From Macrostomum lignano (Eukaryota), in the NCBI GenBank assembly GCA_002269645.1, contig NIVC01000664.1, positions 1 through 64,000 of the forward strand: a stretch of DNA of 64,000 nt, in the 5' to 3' direction. Below are positions 46,093-58,599 of this stretch, piece after piece. Every line of letters begins with the position of its first letter. The stretch's first letter is position 1. Under the pieces are notes generated by a model, which saw only the letters and a list, made by a program, of their open reading frames with translations, was not told the origin of the DNA and did no database searches. The translations under genes and the position numbers were made by a program.

Positions 46093-48293
46093 CCTCCACA
46101 AACAAGGCAAAAACCAGTAGAACGGCCACCGGACGACTTAGGTGCAAATGTCTCACCTAGTGGTAGGTAATCGTTTTCGGAGCAGTGTCTTGCTTCTTTT
46201 TCTTATAATAGCGGGAGCAGTTCTGTTTGAAAGGAAAAATGTGAGATGCGGGCTAAGATAAAGCCTTTGGTGTCGGTGGTCCGTTTAATTCCGGTGCACT
46301 TTACTTTCTCTACCGCTTCATTCAACTGTTTCAACTCGTAACTAACGAAGGAGTCCGATGCTGCCAATGTAGTGAGCAGGGTGCTGGCTCTAAGAGCTGA
46401 TTCTGCCGTGGGGAGTAAATGCATGGATTCATCAAAACTGTGTGAAAGCTCAAAAGCTGATGTCACAGTGAGAGGCTAGTCGAATTGAGTCGGTTTGATG
46501 GAACGCTCCTGTTTACACCAGTGCCCCCCCCCCCCGAAATTTCCTTGCAGACAACTTGCTTCAATTCAGACTGGGTGTTTCAAGAGTGCAGAACTATAGG
46601 GAATAACCAGGAGCCTATACTCCCAACTGACTCTAGCGTCATATTTCTTTAGATTCAGCTCCCAGAGAAAAAGCACCCAAAGGTGCTTTCCGACGCACCT
46701 TTCAGTCGTTGAACTCGGTCGTTGAGCTCCCAGAAAATGCCAGTCTTCCAGAAGCAAATCTGATATTTGTTTCTTTTTAGCTCTCATTCATTTTTCAAGA
46801 AAACTATTCCCATTTAATTTTTTAGCATTATTTTGTTCGAAGGCAATCGAATGTCAGCCAGCTAACACGCAGCTGTAGTGTCAGTTTCATGGGAAAAAGC
46901 ATCTTCTATTGTGAGGGGGGGGGCGTTGGGAGTCTTGTGAGTCGCTCAAAAGCATCCAACTTCGATTTCGTGCGCTTAGAGGGGCCAGACTCCAGGGCAC
47001 AGATAGTGTACATGCTCAGGATTTAGCAGAACGGGCATGACTGCTCGCCTTCCTGCTGGCTGCAAGTCTAAAATTGCCTTGATTTTCGAACTAGCCAATA
47101 ATGAATCCACGGCTTCTAGTGAAGAAGTGGTGGAAGAAGCGGCGGAGAACTCTTGGCTTTGACTTTTTATGTTCTGTAATGAAAGCCCGCTGGCAAGTTT
47201 GTTGATTACCGTTAGTAGCATTCGTGTAATTTCACTGCTATTTTTTATATTATTCTAATCTAAATAACTAAACTTCACTATCAGATATGTCTTTTACCTC
47301 TAAAATTCCACCGCAGTCTCTTAGTTCTCTCTGTCTAACAGCACTTCATCAGTATAGGTATATTTGAACTACTCGGTCATTAAGCAATAGCGAACAAGAC
47401 TTGTCGACAAGTCTCAGACAGGCATTGGAATAATTTATTGTATTTCCCGATTTCCCAATATTTCTCCCTTCGCAGGTGAGTGTTAAAAGAGCGTTTTTAG
47501 GAGTTTTAAATTTAACTTCACTTCTGACTTGCGCAAATGCTACCAGATCTGCTCTGAAATCGATACAGTCAGACGCCTGAGGGAACGATTCAATGGGTAT
47601 ACAGTGTTTCCACTTCACAATCTTTGCGTCCTAGTTAGCATAGAAAGAACAACTCTGCTTTGCGGTCGATCGCGGGAGAGGAAGTGTTTGAGTTGATGTG
47701 TTCCTTATTACTGAGACCTTTCTCGGTTATCAAGGAACAATCACTTCTAGCTCTTAGCTAGGCAACCCAGTTATCAATGAAGGTACTGCTTACCTTGACT
47801 CAGGTGAGATCTCGTCTGTAGTATCCTGCGTCAGTAGTTCTCTCAGTTGATTTGGTAGATCAGGCGCCTTGGTTCTTCAGTTGCTCTGGTCCTGGTTCCT
47901 CTTGTACTTCCGATGAAGTTACTTCCGGCCGGTATCTGCAGTCAGGACCAATCAGAGGCCTCGTATCAAACAATGGGTACCCTGCGCCGAACAGCGGTTT
48001 CTCCTTAGCCTTCTCCTTCTAGTAGTGCCTCTATGCACTCTAGGTAATGCTCCGGTAATCTCTAATAGATCCTCTAAGATCTATTAGGGTAGTCCTTCGG
48101 GCGACTACAGCCAATGGAGTCTCAAATGGACTCAAGAGTCTCAACAGACTCTAACACTATTACAATAGTAAGTCGACTCAATAACAACGGGCGCAAATGA
48201 GAAAGGCTTACCGCAACAACTCGACCGAGTCTCGATTGACTTAGTGATCAGGAAATCCTCCTAAGGCTTCCTCCTCGGAGCTTCTCCTATCGT

Positions 48294-48600
48294 TGGACTT
48301 CACTTGGACCAAAGTTTTGACTTGCACCTTGACTGGACTTCACTTGGACCAAAGTTTTGACTTGCACCTTGACTGGACTTCACTTGGACCAAAGTTTTGA
48401 CTTGCACCTTGACTGGACTTCACTTGGACCAAAGTTTTGACTTGCACCTTGACTGGACTTCACTTGGACCAAAGTTTTGACTTGCACCTTGACTGGACTT
48501 CACTTGGACCAAAGTTTTGACTTGCACCTTGACTGGACTTCACTTGGACCAAAGTTTTGACTTGCACCTTGACTGGACTTCACTTGGATCAAAGTTTTGA
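48294..48600 (+). repeat. 40-bp minisatellite, ~7.7 copies
   Basis: Unit ggacttcacttggaccaaagttttgacttgcaccttgact. Confidence 0.97.
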
Positions 48601-49336
48601 GAAATGAGAAATGATTAAGTTATTTAGTTCCCAGAAGGCTGCGGGCGCTGCCGCAAATCAAGAAAAGTATTTATGCCAATTTCGCTGAAGTCTGAGCACT
48701 GACACGCACATGGATGCGTGCGCAGGCACACAGCCTCAGGGTGCGCAGCGGCCCTGAAATTATTTTGATCGGGCATGTAAACACTGAGTATGTGAATCGC
48801 AAAACAGCCGAAGGTACATTTGCTCAAGAGTCAGACGCGTTACCGCCAAGCTACTCTGCATTTTGTACCTGCGGAGAGACGGACACACAGCATCAACTCA
48901 TGCAGGATTTCCTCAAAGGCCTCATGGATTTCACTGCGGAAAGTAAAAACGAAGCTTTTTAAGGAGTTTTAAAAAGGAGAAAAGATCCAAAACATGTAGA
49001 AATTATCTATCATAAATGAATTCATTTTTCATTATTCATTTTCTGGACAGAAACTCTTCCCGCACTTTCGAAAGAGAAATAGAAAATTACTGAATCCCAA
49101 AACTCACTCGCTACTTGCTTACTCGCCATCCCAATCTAGACCCTGATTGGACAGAAAGTCAGACAAAGCCTCTAAAAGTGGGCAACAAGACCATTCAGTT
49201 GCTCTAGAAGTCTGCCTCCTCTCGTTGACTTAGCAAACCAACTACCAATCCGAACGTATTGTTGAAATTATTTCCGTGAACTCTGCTTGAATAAGCTTCT
49301 CATCAAAATATTTCTTTGCTGGTTGACACCGACAAA

Positions 49337-50553
49337 ATGCTTAGCCTGCTACTCTGTGTTCTGCTACCTGCTGCTGGAGTTGCTGGTAAGGCAAATGAGG
49401 CAGATCCTCATTTGACTAAAAAATCAAAACTGTGGAATATGACAGTCCTGCAAATTCTTACGTAAAACATTCCAGGACAGAACCTCTCCTGTGGCACCAT
49501 TCATGATCATGGCCTACGGACCCTTCTCCAATCACTTCTGGACCTGCGACTCCACCTCCAGAGTCCTCATCTCAACGTCGAGCCCTCCGCTGCAGATGCA
49601 GCTCGAGCCCGCTCTGGACGGAACTCCCAGCGCTGTGTCCATCTCTGACGCTGCGAGGCCCGACTTCTACTTGGTCACCAGCGGCACTGAATTTTACTTT
49701 AAGGTGAAATCGGACTCAACCAGTTTCAGACAGTCGGCCAGTTTTACAATCATCGCATCGGAGTTCTGCAACCACTGGCGCATCAGTCCGGTACAGTTCC
49801 CGGACCAGAGGATCCGGCATCAGAGTTACTACCTGACGAAGTCCAACTGGCCTGGAAATGACCTGTTCAAGTCGGACTCAGCGCTCTCCTTTCACTGCGT
49901 TGATTGTGAGTCTAAATTTTTAAATCGCACCCTTAACTGAGCTAACATTCTACCTGCTGATTTTCATCCTAAAATTATTTATTTTAAACTTCATGGTGAG
50001 CCTAAAGCTACCAAAGTATATAAATTTTAATTTGACTTTATCGACTTCTTTCTCTTCAGACACGCGCCTGTGCCCGTCTCAAAGGCTGAGCTTTAGAACA
50101 CCCACTGCCAGCTTCCTGTCCTGCTCAATCGGATCCTCCTGCGACCTGAGCTCGACCAAATCGACCAACTCAGTCTTCATCGAGCAGGATGGATTGAGCG
50201 GCGAGGTGAACTCCGTGTCAATCCGGTCAGCTGACAGTCCCGGCCACTTTCTGAGCTCGGACTCCGGCTGCTTCAAGCTGCTGGCGTCGACCGGAACTGC
50301 CGAGTTCAACAGCAGCGCCACTCTGAGACTCGCCTACGCAGCATCCGGAGTCGGGTGCGGCGACCGCCGCGTGCGGCTGCCGGGGCTCGGCAGCTCCGTC
50401 ATGAACTTCAACCCTTCTGAGACTTGCAAGCTGCAGTCTGTTACCTGGCATTCAGATAGCTTCACCGAAGATGAAGCATTCAGCCCAATATGCGAACCAG
50501 GTGTTATAACAGCTATTATTATTATTTTCGAATTCCTTACTGCCTTCGAGTGA
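49337..50553 (+). pseudogene. AbfB/CBM42 copy 3: exons 49337-49385 (signal), 49476-49905, 50060-50500; 1-bp insertion at ~49499
   Basis: Signal MLSLLLCVLLPAAGVAG; exon A is 430 nt versus 429 in paralogues (tgtggcaccattc versus tgtgccaccttc). Confidence 0.7.
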
Positions 50554-50787
50554 TTGGATGCAGAAAAAAACCGGATTCAGGGGTAAGTGCAAGTATGTTG
50601 AAGTCGACTTCACTTTTGTTTTGCGTGTTGTTGATTACAGTAGTTTTACTCGATTTTGATTGCTTTTTTAAACTATTTTGGTATTTCGATCACGGGAAAT
50701 TTAGAAGCGGATGCCAATTGTAGCTACAGAATTCAGCCCCGGAAGTGAAGCTACAGGCTTGAGCAACTTGCTGAGAATGTCCAGCAG

Positions 50788-53226
50788 TTAAGGCTTGCCC
50801 ATTATTGAAGCTTTGTGGGTTACATCAGAGAAATTCGCAAACGGGTGGCCATAGTCACCTGCTGTTGAAGGTCCAGAAGCTCCGTCTGGATGACGGTCAG
50901 TGATCAACGAAGTCATAGCTGATGCAGACACACGTTGGTCGACGTGCTGATGAAATTGTGAGGCTTGGCAAGACCGCACGGAGGCGCAGTGCTGATTGGC
51001 GCACAAGGTTGAATTGAATACACTGGCGCTTATGAGAAAATCCGACCTTCTGGCAGAATTGTTGAATATCTGGACGGTCCGGATGGCTGGCGACTGGATT
51101 CTTGCTTGAGAAGGTGCGCAACAAAAGTCAGCCCGTGTTCTTGAACTTCTTGTGCCTGACTAAGCAAAAAAAGTCGTCGCAGGAGAATCCCTCTACCCCT
51201 TAGTAGTTCTACTGTTAAGTAATGTTTGCCGGGAGTTCGGCCCAACCAGCCAACAAGAAGCACGTTACCTGTTGTCCTAGTAAAGAAGAGATAGTCAGTA
51301 CCTTTGGTGTTTTAGAGTGAAGAGAATTAATCTTTGAAACTATTGTGTCGTGGGGATCAGCTTTTAAAAGAGCATGAGCTAATTTTCGTGCTAAATTAAA
51401 AAAGATCAGTTGGTAGAACACTTCCAGCATTATACTCGTAAAATAAAGTGCAATAAGAAAAGCACACGCAGTTATATTTGTAATGTACAGTCGAGTCCTA
51501 GGGAACTCAAAAAGCTTTCAAGCAATCGTATGCTGATAGTAAAAAATACATACCTTATGCTCGTAATACTCGTAAACTTTGTTAAACACATCCAAAGAAC
51601 CAACAGTTACATAGTGAATAAAAAATGTTTAATCTTATAAACTGAAGTTGTTCCAACTCACCTGCGCTTACCTCGATTGGTCTCCAATTTCGATTCAGTA
51701 AAGCATAGAGGCCGGGTAATCGATAAAAATCTTGCATATTTTTGAGTGAGAGAACAGACAGAAAACCCAATTCACCTGGTTCGCATATTGGGCTGAACGC
51801 TTCATATTCGGTGAAGCTATCTGAATGCCAGGTAACAGACTGCAGCTTGCAAGTCTCAGAAGGGTTGAGTTCATGACGGAGCTGCCGAGCCCCGGCAGCA
51901 GCACGCGGCGGTCGTTGCACCCGACTCCAGATGCTGCGTAGGCGAGTCTCAGAGTGGCGCTTTGTTAAAACTTAGATGGCATTAAAACCTGTTAGAAATG
52001 CAAAAGATTAAAGCTTAAATTACCTGGTTCGCAAACTGGGCTGAACGCTTCATAGTCGGCGTAGCTGTTTGAAGACCAGGCAGTAGCCTCAATCTTGCAA
52101 GCTCCTGTTCTGTAGTTCATGACGGAGCTGCCGAGCCCCGGCAGCAGCAGGCGGCGGTCGCCGCACCCGACTCCGGATGCTGCGTAGGCGAGTCTCAGAG
52201 TGGCGCTGCTGTTGAACTCGGCAGTTCCGGTCGACGCCAGCAGCTTGAAGCAGCCGGAGTCCGAGCTCAGAAAGTGGCCGGGACTGTCAGCTGACCGGAT
52301 CGACACGGAGTTCACCTCGCCGCTCAGTCCGGCCTGCTCGATGAAGACTGAGTCGGTCGATTTGGTCGAGCTCAGGTCGCAGGAGCTTCCGATTGAGCAG
52401 GACAGGAAGCTGGCAGTGGATGTTCTCAAGCTCAGCCTTTGAGACGGGCACAGGCGCGTGTCTGAAGAGAAAGTAGTCGATAAAGTCAAATGAAAATTTA
52501 TACTCTTTGGTAGCTTTAGGCTCAGCATGAAGTTTTATATAAATAATTTTAGGATGAAAATCAGCAGGTAGAATGTTAGCTCAGTTAAGGGTGCGATTTA
52601 AAAATTTAGACTCACAATCAACGCAGTGAAAGGAGAGCGCTGAGTCCGACTTGAACAGGTCATTTCCAGGCCAGTTGGACTTCGTCAGGTAGTAACTCTG
52701 ATGCCGGATCCTCTGGTCCGGGAACTGCACCGGACTGATGCGCCAGTGGTTGCAGAACTCCGATGCGAGGATTGTGAAACTGGCCGACTGTCTGAAACTG
52801 GCTGAGTTCACTTTCACCTGAAAGTAAAATTTGGTGCCGCTGGTGACCAAGTAGAAGTCGGGCCTCGCAGCGTCAGAGATGGACACAGCGCTGGGAGTTC
52901 CGTCCAGAGCGGGCTCGAACTGCATCTGCAGCGGAGGGCTCGACGTTGAGATGAGGACTCTGGAGGTGGAGTCACAGGTCCAGAAGTGATTGGAGAAGGG
53001 TCCGTAGGCCATGATCATGAAGGTGGCACAGGAGAGGTTCTGTCCTAAAACGTATTTGTTAAAGCGATGCACTTGTTACTGCTTTCCACAGGTACATGAG
53101 TGGCTTTTGCACTATTTGCTTGAACTGCTTCTTACCTGACCCAGCGGCCACTTGCAGCAGTACAAAACAGACGGCAGTCAATAGAAGTCTGGCGACCTTC
53201 GAGAGGCCCAGATGTAGGTCGGTCAT
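50788..53226 (-). CDS. AbfB/CBM42 copy 4, apparently complete: join exons 53226-53136, 53044-52616, 52461-52024, 51155-50788 (~441 aa)
   Basis: Signal MTDLHLGLSKVARLLLTAVCFVLLQVAAGS; all introns phase 1 and GT-AG; exon lengths 91+429+438+368 = 1326 nt, open to TAA. Confidence 0.72.
51776..51961 (-). pseudogene. Extra 3' half of AbfB exon B (copy-3 type) inside the last intron of copy 4
   Basis: ATLRLAYAASGVGC..NPSETCKLQSVTWHSDSFTEYEAFSPICEPG with a donor site but no acceptor. Confidence 0.75.
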
Positions 53227-54033
53227 GCCGTCGTTTGCGGTTTGCGTAATTTCAGCTCAGCTCAGTTTTAATCGTCAACAATATATTTTTTTTTTGTTGT
53301 ATATCCAAGGAAGGTTGTGTTTCAGGCTCGGAAATTTATCTTAAATGCATTTTGAGCAAGATGTGAGGCTGATTTTATGCTAGAATTTCCTTGTCCCCAG
53401 CTGAAGCGTTTATAGATTGAATTGCAGCTCTCGAGAAAAGCATGTTTGCCTCAAAGTCGCTTCCTTCTTCAACCATGCGTGGTTTGCCTTCGCTCCGCTT
53501 GACTTTCCCTGCTTTTTAACTGCCTAGTGATAGGGATGTTGCTGCATCAATTGCTGGTTGATATCGTGCTGCCTGTATGCTTGATTGTTCGCGAGCACAA
53601 AAAACATGTAGCAGCTTGGTAACCATGAGCTGCTCAGTTTTTGACACTTCGCCTGGCTGATTGGAAGAAAACCGATCTAACCAAGGAGACAGTGGCTGCA
53701 ATGTATCTAGCAGATGGTCATGGCTGAGAAGCTAAGACTCAGGAAGAAGTTCGTGAGATGCCAATTAGCGTCAAAGGGAGAGTTAGGGTTAGGGTTAGAG
53801 TGAGGCCATGGCTTGTACGTGTACTTGGTTTCGCAAGCAGGACTGAAAGCTTCATAGCTGCTTTATAGCTCGTACGTCTGAATCCCAGGCATAAGACTTG
53901 AGGTTTCAACCCCCAGCAGAGCTACAGTAGTTCAACAAAGTAACGTTGAACCCGGGCAGCAGCAGGCGATGGCACCCGATACACCCGACTCCGGATGCTG
54001 CGTAGGCGAGTCTCTGTGTTATTGCGTAGGCAC

Positions 54034-54250
54034 TGCTGCTGAACTCGCTGCTGCTGAACTCGCTGCTGCTGAACTCGCTGCTGCTGAACTCGCTGCTGCT
54101 GAACTCGCTGCTGCTGAACTCGCTGCTGCTGAACTCGCTGCTGCTGAACTCGCTGCTGCTGAACTCGCTGCTGCTGAACTCGCTGCTGCTGAACTCGCTG
54201 CTGCTGAACTCGCTGCTGCTGAACTCGCTGCTGTTGAAGTCGCTGCTGTT
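54034..54250. repeat. 15-bp minisatellite (CGCTGCTGCTGAACT)n, ~14 copies
   Basis: Direct inspection; adjoins a degenerate AbfB exon-B fragment at 53950-54012. Confidence 0.95.
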
Positions 54251-54251
54251 G

Positions 54252-54252
<1 letters not shown>

Positions 54253-54288
<36 letters not shown>

Positions 54289-54438
54289 TGAGTGAGTGAG
54301 TGAGTGAGTGAGTGAGTGAGTGAGTGAGTGAGTGAGTGAGTGAGTGAGTGAGTGAGTGAGTGAGTGAGTGAGTGAGTGAGTGAGTGAGTGAGTGAGTGAG
54401 TGAGTGAGTGAGTGAGTGAGTGAGTGTGTGTGTGTGTG
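54253..54438. repeat. (TG)n-(GAGT)n-(TG)n microsatellite, probable 3' tail of the LINE
   Basis: Abuts the 3' end of the minus-strand LINE. Confidence 0.85.
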
Positions 54439-54439
54439 C

Positions 54440-57240
54440 GCCTAGTAGATACCGAGCTTCTAGTGACGTCCTTCCTCACGGAACTTCTTCCAGAACTCAG
54501 CCGCGTTCCCCGGCCTTCTGCTCAGATCTCTCAGCCCGTGCAGATCTTGCTTCTCCCTCAAGCTGCGCGTGACGGGCAGTCCATAACGTGTTCAATCGTC
54601 TCATCCGCCATGTCGAACCTAGTGCACCACCCTTCTTCTTGCTTGCCCACCCGTTTTCTGTGTGCCGCCAAATCCATGGAGTGGCCACTCCTGAAGCGTC
54701 TGAAATCGACCGCTTCCTCCTTACGAAGTCCCGTTGGTTGGAGCACCACTCCCTGCTCGCCACTCTGCTCCTCCTGTGTGATCTGTCGTCGTCTCTACCT
54801 AGCTTGCTCTGGATGTAATTTTTGCTGCTGCTGGCTGGCACTCTGATGCCATCCTGGGCCCTAGTCGACGCCACTTTCGCCACCTCATCCGCCAGTTCAT
54901 TTCCTGCAAGACCGCAGTGCGCTGGCACCCATATCAACTTCACCACCATCTCTTCCTCCTCCAGCTTCCTCAGCATATTCCTTGCTCTGATAGCCAACGG
55001 GTTTTTGCTCAGCCTTTAATACTCGTAGCTTGCAGGCAGCTCTGGCTGTCACTAATGATCATGACGCGCCCTCCTTTGCCGGCGTGTTCATCTAACCAGT
55101 TCAGGCCAGCGATGACCGCATAGAGCTCCGCTTGCGTAGATGAGCAGGGCGTACCCGCAGCTTGTTGGATGGTCGCCTCAACTTAACCGACCCCCTCTGG
55201 GTCGTTTTCCGTGGGTTGGCACACCACCACTCCACTGCCTCCTTTGTCCTCAACCACTGATCCGTTCGTGTAGAGTATCCGGTCATCGGTCCCTGTTCCA
55301 TGATGCTGGAAATCCTTTCCTCCAATTGTCCTTCGGCAGCATTTCCCTCACACCATCGATCTTAATAGCATCCCTCACACGCGGTTGCCATGGTGGCGGT
55401 GGCACCTCATCCTCAAAGGCCATATTCTGAAGCTTGCACTCCGCCATGCCCGCTTCCGCCTTCTTCCTCCAGCCAAGTTATCCTCGGCGTGGGCTTTCCA
55501 CTCCTCGGCTTTGCTCCTCCTGATACTCTCTCTCAGCTTTTCATTCGCCGCCGACCATTCCGCCTCTCCACTACCATTCTCGTCCGCCAATTCTTTCTTC
55601 TCATCTCTAGCTTCCATCTCTGCTCTGATCTGCCTGGCGATCAACCCAATACACTTTCTGGCCGCAGTTAATAGGCCCTCCCGAAGCCGTTTCTCAGCAT
55701 CAGATGTAGAGCCCTCATCAGGGTTGTATTCCAGAGCCAGCTTCGAAAGCATCTCACGATAGGCTTCCCAGTCCGCCTTTCTCCAATTCCATGTGATAAT
55801 CTTTCTGCTCACCTCCGGTATACCGCTTCGGCCGCTACTCATGATGATCGGTCTATGATCCAATCCCAGCTCTTTGACCGTCTGCCAGCCCCAGCGCGCC
55901 TCTTGCGTGCGGTAGCATAGCGTGACATCCGGCGCCGAATGCCTAATATCACCTCTGGCGTCCCTTGTCGGATCGCCCGTATTTAGCACCACCATATCGT
56001 TGTCGTCCATCCAGTTTACCAGACGCTCTCCCCGCCCGTCCGCTTCCATTTCATTGTCCCACAGCTCGTGGTGCGCATTAAGTCACCTCCAACTATCCAA
56101 TTTTGTCCGCTCGGGATCCTGTCCATGTCCTGCGCTCCTCCTCCCCTGTCCGGGAGGATGTACACATTCGCCAGCTTGATGGGACCTCCATTCATCGTGA
56201 GTTGGACCGCCAGGATCTCCACACCCTCTTCACCATAGTTGCAGTACTCCCCTAATATTCTGTAGGGGATCCCCTGCCGGATGAGCGTGACCAGCCCTCC
56301 TCCCCGGGAGTTCCGGATAGCTTGCTGCCGGGTTCTGTCCTGCCTGACCACTTCAAAGCCAGCCACATTGATGGTTCCGTCCTCAGCTCTCAACTTGGTC
56401 TCCTGGAGCATAGCAACGTCTACATCGTGCTTGTCCAAGAAGACTCTCAGCTCCGGGATCTTAGCCATCAAGTTGTCACAGTTCCATTGCAGGATGTATG
56501 TTGATGCCTTCGTCGCTCACCTCCGTGTCCTGCTTCATCTCCGCCGTTTTGTCGGGTTTCACCTGTTTTTCCTTCTCGCACTCCGTGCACATAAAGCCTC
56601 CACGCTGCTTCATTCTTTCCTTGACCGTACGGCTGCTCAGACCAGCGCAAGTCCAGTGCACTTCTTTGCCACAGCGTCTGCAACTGGTGCCGTGTCCCGT
56701 CCTTCTGAATCTTCCGCAGACCGCGCACCGTCCCTTCTTCATCGGGACCTGCCCCCGTCTCCTGCTTCTCCATTCACGCGATAAGACTCAGAGCAAGGAC
56801 CACTAGAAGTTACCGTGACTTCGATACAACGGTAACTTCTAGTGGTCCTTGACTCAGAGCTGAACTAGAACAGTGGAGGCGTGGAGAAGGCTCTTGCGTC
56901 AAAACTCAGAAGCGATAATAAAATGCAAAACACAGACCTAATTATGATCGATAGACTGTCGGAAGGGGGAGCGGCGCAAAAACAGTGCACAATTCAAGAT
57001 CGAGAGAACAATCCCAGCAGCAGCCAATCAAAACAAAACACAAACACGGGGGCAGGGCAGCGCGAGTGCCAGACCAGGGCCGGCCGCAGCCAATCAAAAC
57101 GCGAGCACGGGGCAGACGAACGGGGGCACGCCTAAGCCTATAGCAGCAAACCAGACCGGCGACGAGCACCAACCCCCAGGCAACCGCCAAAGTCCACCGT
57201 TCACCTACAGCCCTACAAGGGCACATGCCCTACCCATTGT
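54440..57240 (-). mobile_element. Degenerate I-group-like non-LTR retrotransposon: PHD finger, AP endonuclease, RNase H; RT domain missing
   Basis: PHD C..C..C..C..H..C..C..C (56742-56580); APE QWNC, LQETKL, GGDL-NAHH, PDVT, DHRPI; RNase H YTNGS, QAELYA, ISDS, WVPAHCGLAGNELAD. Frameshifts and stops present; 5' end approximate. Confidence 0.85.
56794..56851. mobile_element. 58-bp palindromic micro-insertion with an 8-bp TSD (hAT-like)
   Basis: caaggaccactagaagttaccgt / acggtaacttctagtggtccttg form a perfect 23-bp IR; actcagag at 56786-56793 and 56852-56859. Confidence 0.8.
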
Positions 57241-57994
57241 AAAATGGTGCGCTTTCGCTGTTCCCTCTACTGGACCGGAAATGGGTGCAGAAAGGATTCA
57301 AACCGCTTTTGTGAGCAGACACGTAAATTTTATTTGGCTACGGCTAGCAGTTGATGCTTAATGAATTTTAGCTGTTGGAACATTGAAAAGGGCTCCAAGG
57401 CCTCGCTCATAGAGACAGGAAAATCTCCAAGCTATTAAAGCTGCCTACGAGCGTAATTGATGCACTTCAGGATGCAGCGACACAATTTGAGCCTTATGAA
57501 GTAGAATTGGCACTGTCTCTTAGCTTGAGCATAGTAGCTGAAGTGCTTTTATAATGTGCTATGCTTTTAGAACGGACATTTCGAAACACAGGAGACTCCT
57601 TCGCCTTGTTAGCTCAAAATGATGAACGACGAATTCAAGGGTATACTTGTGCCAATTCAGGATGCACTCAGCATCAACTTTTTTGGTGCTGAGTCTGAAA
57701 GCTCACAGCAGAATGGCTTTGCATCGCTGATATTTTTTCAGAAAAATTAATCCTATGAGTTTTTGCTCTGCAAAAAGTTGTCAACAGAAAAGTTTGGAGA
57801 GCCATTCAACTTATTATTAAATGTCAGAAAGTTCGAATAAACCTCCATGGAACTTTCTGAAGTGTATCCCTGAAAAACATACTTTTACGCAAGGTCTGAC
57901 TGAGCATCTGACTTTGAAGAGACAATTTTCTGAAGAAAACCACGTTTCAAAAAAGTACCATGATTATTTTAGATAATACGGTATGCAATTTGAA

Positions 57995-58440
57995 TGGTCT
58001 GTTCTGGAGTGGTCTGTTCCGGAGTGGTCTGTTCTGGAGTGGTCTGTTCTGGAGTGGTCTGTTCTGGAGTGGTCTGTTCTGGAATGGTCTGTTCTGGAGT
58101 GGTCTGTTCTGGAGTGGTCTGTTCCGGAGTGGTCGGTTCTGGAGTAGTCTGTTCTGGAATGGTTTGTTCCGGAGTGGTCTGTTCTGGAGTGGTCTGTTCT
58201 GGAGTGGTCTGTTCCGGAGTGGTCGGTTCTGGAGTGGTCTGTTCTGGAGTGGTCGGTTCTGGAGTGGTCTGTTCTGGAGTGGTCTGTTCCGGAGTGGTCT
58301 GTTCTGGAGTGGTCTGTTCCGGAGTGGTCCGTTCTGGAGTGATCTGTTCCGGAGTGGTCGGTTCTGGAGTGGTCTGTTCTGGAGTGGTCCGTTCTGGAGT
58401 GGTCTGTTCTGGAATGGTTTGTTCTGGTGTGGTCTTTGCT
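57995..58440. repeat. 15-bp minisatellite (TTCTGGAGTGGTCTG)n, ~30 copies
   Basis: Direct inspection. Confidence 0.97.
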
Positions 58441-58599
58441 GGACAGTGGTCTGTTTTACAGATTGGTCTGTTCTGCAAGGAGTGTTAGGTTCAAACATTA
58501 TGGATGTTGTAGGAAATTCCTGGTTGATGTCGCGTTCTTTATCCCGCAGCAACAAAGTTGAAAATTAAAAACGCTGTCACAGGGCGAACAAGTACTATA

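Noticed and set aside
45959-46156. Short ORF that looks like signal peptide + AbfB tail
   Set aside because: GTG start, and the junction falls mid-exon at a microhomology; more likely a rearranged fragment.
46203-47618. Several minus-strand ORFs (including GRRAVMPVLL)
   Set aside because: Broken by stops and no confident family motif; possibly a decayed transposon gene.
53922-54479. QQQRV/HSLT and AAELA ORFs
   Set aside because: Translation of mini- and microsatellites.
57947-58568. PEQTT / QNRPL / SGLFW repeat ORFs (mucin-like)
   Set aside because: All frames are open because of a 15-bp minisatellite; no splice or signal context.
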